NCBI RefSeq assembly: GCF_018977255.1
Contig: NW_024704742.1
Span: 21,764,001 to 21,828,000, forward strand
DNA from: Callorhinchus milii
Taxonomy: Eukaryota
Reading direction: 5' to 3'
DNA: 64,000 nucleotides
Shown: positions 27,236-40,284 of the stretch, piece by piece
Numbering within the stretch: the stretch's first letter is position 1
Layout: every line of letters begins with the position of its first letter
Position numbers and translations under genes: made by a program
The notes under the pieces: generated by a model
Databases searched by the model: none
The model's input: the letters and a program-made list of their open reading frames with translations, nothing else
What the model was told of the DNA's origin: nothing

Positions 27236-27381
27236 ACGTACCCTGACTTAAGTTTGTCGATAACCGCAAACTGCTCTGAAGGGGCCGTCTGCCTCACCGC
27301 CCGTTATGAAGCAGTCGGTGTAAGGATGGGGGCGGGAGTGGAGGGGGAGGGAGGGGGGGAGGGGGAGAGGTCCTCACTCAC

Positions 27382-27470
27382 CTCCCGTTTGTAGTCACGG
27401 CAACAGCACAGCACGAGAGGCGGCGGTTCCTCACCGCCACAACCTGCGCTCGCGGCAGCCGAACCGAACG
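27382..27470 (-). other. ANAPC10: Candidate non-coding first exon of ANAPC10
   Basis: Strong - strand donor GAG|GTGAGT at 27381 inside the CpG island. The ATG exon has an upstream acceptor, so a non-coding exon is required. The TSS is a guess. Confidence 0.5.
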
Positions 27471-27489
27471 ATCATTCAGACACTTGTTG

Positions 27490-27556
27490 ACCCCCTTTTT
27501 TTTTCCTTCCTTCCTCCCTCCTCCTTCTTCCTCCTCCTCCTCAGCTCAACGAGCAG
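27490..27556 (+). other. ABCE1: Candidate non-coding first exon of ABCE1 (alternative candidate ends at 28312)
   Basis: Pyrimidine-rich start followed by donor CAG|GTACGG at 27557. A second donor CAG|GTAAAA lies at 28313. Confidence 0.4.
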
Positions 27557-28033
27557 GTACGGGAGTTAACGTCCGTTTTAAAAAGAAAGAAAGAAAAGAG
27601 CTGAGGGAAACGAAACGAAGCGCGCACCGAGAACCGTCCGCTGGCGGTCGGTTGCAGTCGGCGGCTGCGCGCGCACCCACGATTCCCCCCGGCACGGGAC
27701 CGCCTCGACGGGAGCATGCGCGGTGCCTCCCCGATACCTCGACTCACGCGTGCGCACCAGCTCCAGCACCTCTTCTTCTTCTTCTTCTCCAACCAACCAA
27801 CCAACCGTCTCGCTCTGGCCGAGGCGGCGCGAACGCCGCGCGTGCGCAGCCTCAACCGCCGTCAGGGTCGGAGTGACGTGCCACTGAATGCCCCCCCACT
27901 CCCTCCCACCCACCCTCCCTCCGTCCCCACCACGAGCCGGAGACCCAGCGCTCGTGTGCGTCTGCGGCGGGCGCCATCTTGGCCGTTTGCACTCCTCTTG
28001 CTTTCCCACCCTATCCGTCCGTCCGTCCCTCCG

Positions 28034-28152
28034 CTCTCTCTCTCTCTCTCTCTCTTTGATCCCAACACGTCGTAGGTTTTGGGGGGAGGAAAAGCGGGAA
28101 AGAAAAGAGGCGGACGGAGAGAGAACATTTTCTCGGTTTATATGTGTGTGTG

Positions 28153-28183
<31 letters not shown>
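28034..28183. repeat. Microsatellites in the promoter island: (CT)n and compound (TG)n(TA)n(GA)n
   Basis: Read directly from the sequence. Confidence 0.9.
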
Positions 28184-29984
28184 TGATACAGTAAAAGAAA
28201 GCGCGAGAGGGAGCCGGAGGCCCCACGGAGAGGGTGGGCGAGGGCTGGACGCCGTCGTCGTCGTCGCCGCCGCCGGTTGGAGTTGGAGGAGGTGGGGGGG
28301 CGACGAGAGCAGGTAAAAGGCACAAATGTCGTCCATCCGTCTCCCAGCACCGCCACGTCCACTAGGCCTTTCCATTCACACGGCTCCTGGGGAGGGGGTT
28401 TGCCGGGAGGGGAGGGGGAGGAGGAGGGGAGGGGGGGGAGGAGGGTGAACGTGGCTCACACTCTGTCTGAGAGGGAGGGCAAGGCTCGAGTCTTGAGAGG
28501 AGAGCCACGAGCGAGTTAACGTCCGGCTCTGGTTAGGCCTCTCCCTCCCTCCCACCCACTCACTCGCTCACTCACTCACTCTCGGGCTGTGGCGAGAGAG
28601 CCGCCGCTCCTGACCGCGAAATACACAGTCCCTCCACCTCAACTGCATGTTCTGTGAAGCGCTTTGAGACGTCTCGAAGGCGTGATGATGCGCTCTATGA
28701 AACGCAAGGCTTACAATGTGGTGAGAGGTGCCCACATGTCAGCCCGACAGCTGTGTGGCCACTCCTGCCCCCCGTAACGTCAAAGGCCCCTTCCAAAAGT
28801 TTCATAGTTTTTTTTCCTGCAACTCGTTTTTTATTTTTTGTGGGGGGGGGGGGAACCCCGCAGTGTTCATCTGTATACTGCCCTTCGGATGAGGCTTTAA
28901 ACCGAAGTCTTGTCTGACTGTTCAGTTGGATGTTAAAGATCCCACGAAGCGCTTCGAGGCGTCTCGATGACATGATAAGATGCTATGTCAAGTTCAACGA
29001 TTATTATTACTGGATAACTTTTTACAACGTGGTCGTTTGGTAGATTGCGCCTTTCAGCACAGTCGTGAGTGTTATCATTTGGATATTACTATATTAACAT
29101 TGGGGACTTGCTGAGGGTTCGCAGTGTCTAATCGTTTTCACATCTTTTGTGGTTTCATGTGCCTTTCGGGAAGGATCTGAATGTTTCTGTTACCCAGAAC
29201 AGATTTTTATTTAGGAGAAAGTATGATGATTTTTATTATTCCAGTTTGCTATCCCAGCCTGTTCTCCTGCAGTCCTTGCCATTTATTATTGAGATATCTG
29301 ACCAAGTAACAGTACTGGTTGCATCTTTAATTGTTGTATGTTGTGATTGGCAGAGCTTTTGTGTATGTTTGCTGACAAAGTAAAATAGCAAAGGTACAAT
29401 CAACCTCGTACAGCTGTAAATATCGTAGGTTGCATCATATTTAGCAAAGGATGGTGGTAGTGATAAAATCAATTACTCATTTTAGGTGTTAGTAATGTCT
29501 AATACCTGAAATTTATAATTGGTGATAACATTTGTGGCAGCATATTTATATTCAGTAGATAGGTTGAGGTCCTTGTGCACATATTTACCTTTTTGAAAAA
29601 AACTCCTTGTCCGGGTGAATATTTGTTATTATAATGAGTAAAATTGTAATAATTGTAGCAGATGGGAGCATTTTTGTTGCTGTATTCATAATAGCTTGGA
29701 TTTTCAGTGCAATAGGTACATTTACCACATTCTGTAAACAGACAGCTTGTTTTCGTGCTAGCAGTGTAGTGGAGTTGACATCCTCTACACAGAAACACAA
29801 TTGACATACCAGCAATGCTAACTAAAGGTGATCCATTTCCTGAACCTGTAAAGGAAAAAATCTGCTGATTATTGTTCTGAAAATGATGTACATGTCTGCC
29901 CCACCTTAATGTAGCTTAGTCATTGTTTAGCAAGTTAGATCATTGACATTATTCTCCAAATGAACCACCTAGTCTAATCCCATT

Positions 29985-30343
29985 GAGTCCTGTAGCTCTG
30001 GTTAGAGCCTCGTCTCGCAAGTGAGAGGACCTGGGTTTGATTCCTGGGCAGAGTGAAACCCTGGGCAAGTTTCCTTATTCCACATGCCTCTGTTTACCTA
30101 GCAGTAATTAGGAGCCTGTTTATTAGTCAGTTAGCAGATTGCTTTTCTGGAGGTACTAATCCCTTAGAAAAAATACATATAATTTGGTCATTTAATCCAC
30201 AACTGCTGGGACACTACTGTGTGCAATTGGCTGCTGCGTTTTGCCCACAAAACAGTCCATTCACTTTACAGCATATTCTCTGAAGCGCTTTGAGACGTCT
30301 AGAAGATGTGATAAGGGTCTATATCAAATGCAAAGATTATTAT
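29985..30343 (+). mobile_element. Full-length SINE of the same family (longer subfamily)
   Basis: gagtcctgtagctctggttagagc head; extra central ctctgtttacctagcagtaa segment; Deu-like core; tail. Confidence 0.88.
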
Positions 30344-30669
30344 TTGGCTTGGGGGTGTATGAAATTCATAAGAATACCGTACAACAGATAACGTGTTGCC
30401 CCTTAAGTAGTGTTTTTTTAAATATGTGACGTGCTACAATTGTTGCAAGCTAAATTGATTTTGTTGCCTTTCGTTTACATTAACAATGTTAATGTTGGAT
30501 TAATATTGCTAAATTAAAGATGATAACAGCTCTTATTAAAATTCTAAAAATACAATCTTTTCAAAGAACTTCACATTTGATAATCTCAGTTGGATTTGAG
30601 ATTAGATGATGAGAAAATAGCTCCCGCACTATGCCATATTGCTGCTTTTTTCAATTAAATAATTTCATG

Positions 30670-31040
30670 TGTGTCAGCCTGACTCAGATGGTAACATTCT
30701 TTGAGTCAGAAGGTTGTGGTTCAAGGCCCACATATAGTCTGGGCTGACACTCCAGTGCAGTGCTGGAGGTTTGCCACATTGTCAGAGGTACAATCCTTCA
30801 GATTAGACGTTGAATCGAGATCCATTTACCTGTCCGGGTGGATGTTAAAGATCCCACGGCAGTATTTGAAAAGGGAAGGGAGTTTCTTCTGATGTTGTGG
30901 CCAACAATCCCCTAAATAAAATGTATCACTCATTATATGGCTGTTCATGGGACATTGCTGTGCAAATATTGGCTGCCACAAAATCGCCCACGAAATATAC
31001 AATTTTGGACTACTTTACAAATCATGTGAAGTTGTTTGAG
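30670..31040 (+). mobile_element. Older DeuSINE (SacSINE1/AmnSINE1-like)
   Basis: tcagcctgactcag...gagtcagaaggttgtggttcaag...gctgacactccagtgcagtg...ggatgttaaagatccca. Related copies at ~6190-6510 (-), 18200-18590 (-), 23235-23335, 39620-39960 and 49500-49800 (-). Confidence 0.65.
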
Positions 31041-31244
31041 AAGCCCTGATTCTTCTCAAACCCAATTATTATTATTAAAATTCTTAATGCAGTTTATCAG
31101 ATTTGGTGTAATGCTGTATTATAGATATGTTTAACATGTATTGTATAATCTACTTTGTAGCTAACTAATTTTTTTCTATTTTTTTCCCTTTTTGTAGTAT
31201 TGTTCAGCCAGGCACATTACAGCACGTTTTCTGCTAAGATATAA

Positions 31245-31397
<153 letters not shown>

Positions 31398-32096
31398 TAG
31401 ATGCAAGAAAACAATTTTAACATTTTATCAAGATGTTTGGGAAATGTTTTTGTGAAAAGGGACTGATTATCAAAATAATGACCTTTTCAGTAACTTTGGT
31501 GAACACAGTAGCAGCCTAGTTGAGAGTATAAACTTGTATTTGGAAATTATTCATGTTTCTGCAATTGGAAAATAATGTAGCAACCGTCCTGGTGCCCCTG
31601 CATAGATTGACAATCCTAACCTTTTGAAAGTCAGTTTGGTTATCAAGCAGAAGTATGGAAAGGACTGCCAACAATCGACACTATTGCATCATTTAACCAG
31701 GCTATATATTTAAAGAGATTATTTGGTAATCTCGTTGACAGTGTTTAATTTTTTCTGTTTCTTTCCCCACAAACATTCCCAAATAGGTTGAGCAGATAAA
31801 TGTCTCCTGGGTACCTGGCCACGCGACACTCAGTATAACCACTAAGTGGTGTATGAGAGCAACCTTTCAACTTTCTCTCTGTGTAGTGCTTTGCTGTGTC
31901 AGATCAGTGTTGCAGTTATATTTTGTTCCTTTGCTCATCATACTAAACGGAGATCGTACAGGTCTGTTGTAATTCAGACTGTTAAAGAAACCATGGTACT
32001 GTTTAGAAGATCAGGGAATTGTCATTCCTCAATACTCTCATACAAATTGACTGTACATAAATTGTTTATTTTTTGCTATTTGTGGAGTGACCCATG

Positions 32097-32645
32097 TTAG
32101 CTCCTCCCTCCATAGACTGCAGATCATCCAGAACTCTGTAGCCTGTGTCCTCTCCCGCACCAAACTCCATGACCCTATCACCCCCATCCTTGCACAACTC
32201 CGCTGGCTTCCCATCACACAGAGGATATAGTTCAAAGTCCTGGTCTTCACCTTCCGAGCCTTCCATGGTCTTGCTCTACCCCCCCCCACCCCCTTTCCTC
32301 TGTGACCTCCTACCATCCTGCCCACTCCCTCCGTTCAGCAGGATCCGGCCTGCTTTCCATCCCCCATTTCGCTTGCCCCACCATGGGCGGGCCTTCTTCC
32401 ACTCTGCCCCCACCCTCTGGAACTCCATCCCGCAGTCCCTCCGCCTCACCCTCTCCCTTGCCTCCTTCAAGACCCATCTCAAGACCCTCCTCTTCGACTG
32501 CGCTTTTCAATCACCCTGCTTCATCCCCCTGCCCTCCACCCTCGCCGATCCCGACCCCCAGCTCACATCCAAAACTCTGACTGCCCAGCGCTTTGGGGCA
32601 TCCACCCGATGTGAAAGGCGCTATATGAATGTAATTTTGTTGTTG
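32097..32645 (+). mobile_element. L2 3' fragment
   Basis: Matches the reverse complement of the 23361-23900 copy; (ttg)n tail. Confidence 0.85.
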
Positions 32646-33175
32646 GAAAGGGCTGTGAAAAACGCTAATAATCTGGCTTTTATACATAGGGGTATGGAGT
32701 ACAAAAGCAAACAAATAATGCTGAGTATGCACAAATCATTGGTTAGGCGGCAACTGGAATGCTGCTTTCAATTTTGGGCATCTCAGTTCAGGAAATATGT
32801 TAAGGCCTTGAAGGAGGTTCAGAAGAGATTTGCAAGAATGTTATCAGGATTGTGGGGCTTTTGTTATGAGGATTTGTTATGAGATTGGAGAAGTTTGGTC
32901 TTTAACTGGAGCAGAGAAGGTTGAAAGGGGACCTGATAGAGCTGTACAAAAGTATGAAGAGTTTTGACAGGGTAAATAGGGAGAGGTTATTTCTGCAGGT
33001 AGGGGGTCAGTGACTAGGGTCCATAGGTGTAAAACAGTCACAAGAAGAACGAAAGGAGCGCATAGGAGAAACTTTTTTCACTCGAGTGGTTGGGATGTGG
33101 AATGTCATTTTACTTGGCAGGATATTCCATAGACTCAATGGGCCGACTAGCCTTGTGCTGTAAATTTCTGTGATT
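32645..33175 (+). mobile_element. CR1-clade LINE 3' fragment
   Basis: HKSLVRRQLECCFQFWASQFRKYVKALKEVQKRFARM; ends gactcaatgggccgactagcc...tgctgtaaatttct. Confidence 0.8.
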
Positions 33176-33572
33176 ATATGAACACATTTGATGGTTGAAC
33201 ATAAGTAACCTGTTATAGTGAACTTTTTTTTTATTACAGCAAAAGCTTTAAAACTGCTATAAGGTAGTGAAAGTTGGGCATCTCAGTGAACCTATTGTTG
33301 ACTATGTGAGTTTATGAAAACAAAGATTCTGGTCCACAGTAAAGGAGCATCTGTTTTAAAGTTGGCATCTACTATTTGTAAATGTTATTGAATCTCTTTT
33401 GAGATCACACTGAGGTCCACAATGGAGTCCTGTACCATATAGTGTATTAGTTAGAGCACTCGCCCCACAAGCGAGGGAATCCCAGGTTTCATTCCTGGGC
33501 AGGGTAATACGTTAGGCAAGTTTCCTTACTCCACATGGCTCTATTTACATAGCAGTAAGTAGGAACCCGGTT

Positions 33573-33890
33573 AATAATAATAATCCTTGCATTTGATATA
33601 GCGCTTTTCACGTCGGGAGGACGTCCCAAAGTGCTTCACAGAATATACTGTAAAGTGAATTGACTGTATATTTGTGGGCGAACGCGGCAGCCAATTGCGC
33701 ACAGCAATGTCCCACAAACAGTCGTAGATTGAAAATGACCAATTTATTATTGTTTTGAGTTTTGGAGGGATTATTATTAGGTGTGTGGAGTAAGGAAACT
33801 TGCCCAAGGTTTCGCCCTGACCTGCCTGGAATTGAACTCGGGTCTCTCACTTGCAAAGCGAGTGCTCTAACCACTGAGCTACAGGACTCC
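33573..33890 (-). mobile_element. Young SINE nested in an older + strand SINE (33424-33960), TSD ccggtt
   Basis: TSD at 33567-33572 and 33907-33912; the host SINE resumes with gttagtcagttgg. Confidence 0.9.
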
Positions 33891-34194
33891 ACCTGAACTA
33901 CAGACTCCGGTTGTTAGTCAGTTGGTGGATCTAGGAAGTCAGTCAGCTTCTCCCAGAAAGTTCTTCCAATAATAACTTGCGTTTTTTGTAAATGAGTGGA
34001 TAATAAATCTAATATGCAATCTAATTAAATCTCGGCTTTCTAATGATCATTTTGGAGTTTGTCTGCTATTCTCTTGTACATTAATGTATTGGATCTTTAT
34101 ATTGGAAAAAATATGAATTTAGGTATTGGTGGAAATTGTTTTAGTATCATTTGCTTAAAAGATAGTTGATGACAGCCATCCTGGATAATTTTGA

Positions 34195-34350
<156 letters not shown>

Positions 34351-34525
34351 TAATGATTAAGAAATTAAATGCATTATTTTTTCAAACACAATTTGTTTTG
34401 AAAATATTTATTCATTAAATAAATGCTTTTCTTGTAATAAATTGTTATCGTGAAATGTTAAAGCTCAGTTGTCGATTGAAACTAACAATTTTAATAATAT
34501 CCTGGATTGTTGTTTCATGTTTCAG

Positions 34526-34623
34526 AAATGTCCTTTTGGAGCTTTGTCAATTGTTAATCTGCCAAGCAATTTAGCTAAAGAGACTACACATAGATATTGT
34601 GCAAACTCCTTCAAGCTTCACAG
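34526..34623 (+). CDS. ABCE1: ABCE1 coding exon 3
   Basis: [32 protein letters not shown](R); 98 nt. Confidence 0.98.
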
Positions 34624-35648
34624 GTAAAGTAGGGTATGAGAAAAATCTGAATAAGTTGGGAGAGTTGTAGAACTGTTTATATGCAAGATAGTGGTTAACT
34701 TGGTCTAACAAACTCCTATTACTGCCAAGTGTATAACATGCTTAGTTATGTCCTTGATTTGCCAAAAAGGTAAATGGGTAGAGTCTGATCTCATTGTTTT
34801 TGTTTATTCTATGGGAATAGTAGATTAGATAGACACTAATTACTTATTTTCTTATGTGCTTCATGTTCTTATAATTGTTGATACTGTACTGTAAAGTCCA
34901 AACATAGCTGAGACCAATCAGTAACATTAATTTTTTTTCTTTAAAGATCACATTGGTGATAGCAACCTGAAGGGTTTAATTTTTTTTAAGAAACTTGAAA
35001 TTGGGTTTGCATGCAACATGTATGACCATGCCAGTATTTCTTTTAAATCACAATTATTTGAAATTTTTAAGAAGTGCTTTTGAACTAACAACATTTGATT
35101 TAAAAAGAAGCAAGACTATTGTATGGAGAAAGAAATTTGTATAAACTGCATGATATTTGCAAGAGTAAAGCAATGTTATTCTTCCTGTCGATATTCTATA
35201 ATTGCCATCCAATTATTGTTGAATCTTGATGTATGCATTCTATTTTATGTTAAAACTTTGGTATAAGTTTACCTGAGGAAATAGAATTTTTAATAAAAAA
35301 ATTCTGGTGTAGAAGAGTAGATTATGCTCCCTTTCAGCCTTTTTTCACTCTTCCTTAATCTCCCAAGTGATGCAGGGTTTTAGAACAATTTAGAGAACAG
35401 CTTTTGAGCATAATACTACGCAGTACAACACTTAATTCCTGCATATTATATAGTGCTTTATTCACATTGTCTAAAACAAAGAGCTTCACAGAATTTACTG
35501 TGTATTTGTAGGCGATCGGACCAGCCAGTTTGTACACAATCATGTGTCCCACAAAGGTTGTTGTGAATGACCACTTATCTGAAGGATTATTTGCCCAAAC
35601 TGTACACTAAAAATTGTGCATTTCCTTGCTTCTCCATTAATGATTTAA

Positions 35649-35789
<141 letters not shown>

Positions 35790-36221
35790 TAAGATATGGA
35801 GGGAGGTTCTGAACCTTAGTAAATGGTGATTTTTGTCATGTAGAAACAATCGTTGGCTTCAAAATATGGAATAGTTTTAATATGTTGTTGAGAAATTTTG
35901 CAAATGTGATTTTGATGAGCTTGATACAAATGGTACAAAAAACACCTGTGACTGATAAGTATGGTGAATTGAGGCTGTTATAATGCAGGTAATCCAGTAA
36001 ATGCATTGGAGAACTTGTATCTAGCTACATACATTACTTGTGTCTTTTTGATATAGATATTACAATTGGTATAAATCTCTGTTTCTAACGTTAATGAAGA
36101 ATAATGTTGATGTTTAAGAATACACGAATCACAAGTATTTGTTTTTATTGTCCAAAACCTCTCCAAAAGAAAGCTAATCTATTTTAAGTGATTATTCTTT
36201 TCATAAATTGAAATCTAGTGA

Positions 36222-36416
<195 letters not shown>

Positions 36417-36439
36417 TAATCTAAGCAATTAAAAGAAAA

Positions 36440-38633
36440 CAATTGCAGCTATAGCAGTTTGGCCTTCCACCCGCGGAGATCCTGAAGCAGCCGTCCAGCT
36501 GCTCCATGATCGCCTCTCACCCACTTTCAACTCCCTCGTCCCCCTAAAATCCAGGATCATCTCCAAACCCACCCGATCTCTCTGGGACAACAACCATCTC
36601 CGCCGCCAAAAAACCCAAACCCGGCTGCTCAAGCGCAGATGGTGGAAAACTGGCGTGACAGTTCATCACCAACTGTGGCTCGAGCATCTCCGCAGCTACC
36701 GCCGTTCTTTTAACGCGCAAAAACGGCCTTCTACTCCAACATCATCTTGGGGGCTAAACACAAACCCAAAATCCTTTTTTCCACCACCCACTACCTCCTC
36801 CATGCGCCCCCTCAGGCCTCTTCAATCTTCATATCAAATGCCAAGTGCAAGGAGGTCATGGATTTTTCAACTAAAATACTGAACATCTGCCAGGCAGCCT
36901 CATCCACCAGCCCTTGTCACCCACCACCACACTCTCTCTGTCCCCCTCATCATCTGCTCCTACCACCACCCCCTTTCTACACTCTTTCCTCCCCATCTCT
37001 CCCTCCTCTCACCCATCATCACCTCCATGAAGCCCACCACCTGCTGCCTCGACCCCCTCCCCACCAACTTACTGGTCACACAGCTCCCCATCCTCTGCCC
37101 ACTACTGGCTGACATCAACCAGTCCCTCTCCTCCGGATCAGTTCCTGCCTCCCTCAAAACTGCTGTCATCACCCCCCTCCTAAAAAAAAAACCCTCCCTA
37201 GATCCCTCAAACCCCAGCCACTACTTCCCTATTTCTAACTTGCCCTTCCTCTCAAAAGTTCTAGAACATGTTGTTGCCAACCGACTTCACGCACATCTCT
37301 CCTCTCACTCCCTCTTTGAACCCCTCCAGTCCGATTTCCGCGCTGCCCACGGTACAGAGACTGCGCTTGTGAAAGTCACAAACGACATCCTCTCTATCTG
37401 CGACCAGGGCTCCCTCTGCCTCCTTATCCTCCTGGACCTCTCTGCCGCGTTGGACACAGTCGATCACGCCATCCTCCTCCACCACCTTTCCTCCGTCACC
37501 CACCTCAGTGGGACCGCACTCGCCTGGTTTGAGTCCTACCTCACAAACCGCCAGCAGTACATCTGCACAAACGGCTTCTCCTCCCACTCTCACCCGGTCA
37601 CCTGTGGGGTACCCCAAGGATCCATCCTTGGCCTCCTCCCCTTTCCGATCTACATGCTCCCTCTTGGGGATGTCATCCGCAGTACATTTCCATGTGTATG
37701 CAGATGACACCCAACTCTACTTTTCCACCTCTCTTTGCTACCCCCAGTCCCCTGATGTTCTGTCAGCCTGCCTGTCAGATCTTGGGCTGGATGAGCGCAA
37801 ATTTCCTTCAGCTGAACGTTGACAAGACGGAAGCCATACTCTTCGGCTCTCGTCAACATCTAAAATCTCACGGCTCTTACCTCCTCCACCTACCCGACCT
37901 CCCCCTAAAACTCTCCGAACCCGTACGCAACCTAGGCGTCAGGTTCGACCCCCGGTTCTCCTTCCTCCCCCACATTCGGTCCCTCACCAGCACCGCCTTC
38001 TACCACCTCCGATGCATCGCCCGTCTCCGCCAATACCTCTCCCCAAAAGCCGCTGAAAGTCTGGTTCATGCCTTTGTCACCTCCCGGCTGGACTATTCAA
38101 ACACCCTCCTCGCCGGTCTCCCATCCATAAAATCCAATTATTCAGAACTCTGCCGCCCGCATTCTCACCCACACAAAACTCCGCTCCTCGATCACCCCAG
38201 TCCTTGCCAGACTACACTGGCTCCCTATATCCCAGAGAGGATCGATTTCAAGATCCTCACCCTCGTATTCAAGTCCCTGCACTCCTCTGCACCCCCCTAC
38301 CTCTCTGATCTCCTCTCTCCTCAGCACAGTACCCGTTGCCTTCGTTCATCCGTTTCTGGCCTCCTCCTCGTCCCCCGAGGCCTCCGCTCCACCCTCAATG
38401 GCTGTGCCTTCAGCCACTATGCCAAGAGGTTCTGAAACTGCCTTCCTCACTCCCTTCGTCTCGCTCCCTCCCTTCCCATTTTCAGGTCTGCTGAAGACCT
38501 TTCTTTTCGACCGCGCCTTTGGTCACCTTCCCACCCCTCCCCCTGGCTCGGTCCCGGGATCCTAAACTGCAAAGCGCTCTGAGACGCCGTCCGGCGTCGA
38601 GGGCGCTATATAAATCCAAATTGTTGTTGTTGT
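36440..38633 (+). mobile_element. 5'-truncated L2-clade LINE with a frameshifted reverse transcriptase ORF (ABCE1 intron)
   Basis: ORF pieces show PISNLPFLSKVLE, LLILLDLSAALDTVDH, GVPQGSILG, FHVYADDTQLY, LQLNVDKTE, HAFVTSRLDYSN. Ends in ...ggcgctatataaatccaaa(ttg)n. Confidence 0.92.
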
Positions 38634-38975
38634 TCTGTTGATTCTTCTGATCTTGCTAGTTGTGCGTGGATTGGCATTTGCATCAAAATTCAGCATGAGA
38701 CAGTTTTGTACTGTTTTGTGTAATTAATTGCAGAACATGGCTGCAGATAACCATTGGAACAAGCAATCAAATGGAATCTCAAGTTAGCAAATCCACAAGG
38801 ATAATTGATCTGGTGAATGGCAAATGTTGCAGAGTGCATCAGCTGGTGAGGTTAGAATTAAAGCCCATTGTTGGGGCAGAGAGAGAGCTTGGATATTAAG
38901 CATTTATATTTGAGGGTGAAATTATACTAAATGTGCAATTAATTAGACACTTACCTTTCCATATCATTTTGGCAG

Positions 38976-39045
38976 GGCACCGTGGGTTCCATTTTGGACA
39001 GAAAAGATGAGACCAATACACAGAAAACCATTTGTGCACTTCTTG
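38976..39045 (+). CDS. ABCE1: ABCE1 coding exon 6
   Basis: GTVGSILDRKDETNTQKTICALL(D); 70 nt, phases 0 and 1. Confidence 0.95.
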
Positions 39046-40284
39046 GTAAGTAAAGTGCAAAAAGTTTTAGGGCATATTCATGTAAATGTCATTGCCCTTT
39101 CGCATACATAATGATGCTGTGCGTTGTCTTGATCTAAATCAATGATTGATTTAGGTTGCCTGTTCTTCACCTTGATGGAGTTCTTGGTTCAGTGGGAGCA
39201 AGAGGCAGAATTAAAGACTCTTGAAATGTCATAATTCCTCCTGTTGCACAATACAGAACAATTTTTTCAAGATGGTGATATTTTAATTAAGAGGGAGTTT
39301 TGCTCTTGGTGTCTGTTTTAAAAATCAAGTCGAGCTCAAAAAATGTTTCGCATCTATAACTGAAAGATTATTTTTGAGGCAGAATCCAAGTTCATGGAAT
39401 TACTGAACAGAAATTGTCAGTGGATAATGACATAAACCTGGAGCGATTCTCTTATTCACTATTATTAATAATAAGCCTTGCATTTGGTATAGCCCCTTTC
39501 ACATTAGGATGACTTCCCAAATCACTTCACAGGATGTTTACTGAAACAAATGACCAAGTTTATTTTTGACTGTTACAATCTGAGCCAGATTGGAATATCT
39601 CTTTCATCTCCATACATTAGTATGTCAGTTTGGCTCAGTTGGTGGATTGTGAGCCAAAGCCCCCTGTTGGAGCTGGATCTCAAATAGTCTATGCTGACAC
39701 TCCAATGCAATTCTGCGGTTGTGCTGCATTGTCGATCAGGTGAGACATAAAACTGAGGTCCCGTCAGCTGATCAGGTGGAGACTAAAATCTCATGGCGCT
39801 ATTTGAAAAGAGAAGGCAATTTGTCTCATTGTCCTGGCTGACAATTCCCCCAAATTTGCTCACTCAGATGGATGTTTTGGGAACATTGCTTTGCAAAAAT
39901 CGTCTACTGCGTTCTCCCACAAAATACACACAGTCACACCACTACAGTTTGAAGCAGTTTGAGACATGCTTCCAAATTCAGATAATGTCTCTGAATGTAA
40001 TTTGTCATTGCATTTGGTACAGCGTTTTAATCACATTGTCGAGATATCTCAAACCTCTTCACAGGATTTTATTATAAAGTGTAGTCACTGTATTTTATAG
40101 GCAGATGCGGCACCCAGTTTGCGCACAGCAATGCCCCACAAACAGCCATTATATCAAATTCAAGGATTATTAATTATCCAAAAGATTTTGAAAGCTAATT
40201 TTCATCTGTGCTTTTTAAGGGTTATTGCTATTGGTTGTGGTGTAATGTAAAATAGATTATTATTTGTAATGTTTTAGTGGTACA

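Larger units (their letters stand above)
26630..28700. promoter_or_regulatory. CpG island / bidirectional ANAPC10-ABCE1 promoter
   Basis: The only extended GC- and CpG-rich non-repeat region, lying between two divergent genes. YY1-like GCGCCATCTT at 27971-27980, CRE-like GTGACGTG near 27873, NRF1-like GCATGCGC near 27714. Confidence 0.85.

Noticed and set aside
26165..28519. Many overlapping 100-265 aa ORFs
   Set aside because: They arise from GC-rich, stop-poor CpG-island, microsatellite and L2/SINE sequence, with no recognisable protein motifs.
28550..28585. (CACT/CGCT)n run resembling an AAV Rep-binding element
   Set aside because: A simple tetranucleotide repeat; no ITR hairpin and no rep/cap homology nearby.
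32145..32882. 245-aa ORF
   Set aside because: A chance read-through of an off-frame L2 3' end into an adjacent CR1 fragment.
37027..38435. Reverse-transcriptase ORFs as a possible domesticated or functional RT gene
   Set aside because: The element is 5'-truncated, has no endonuclease domain and carries several frameshifts. It is an ordinary dead L2 copy.
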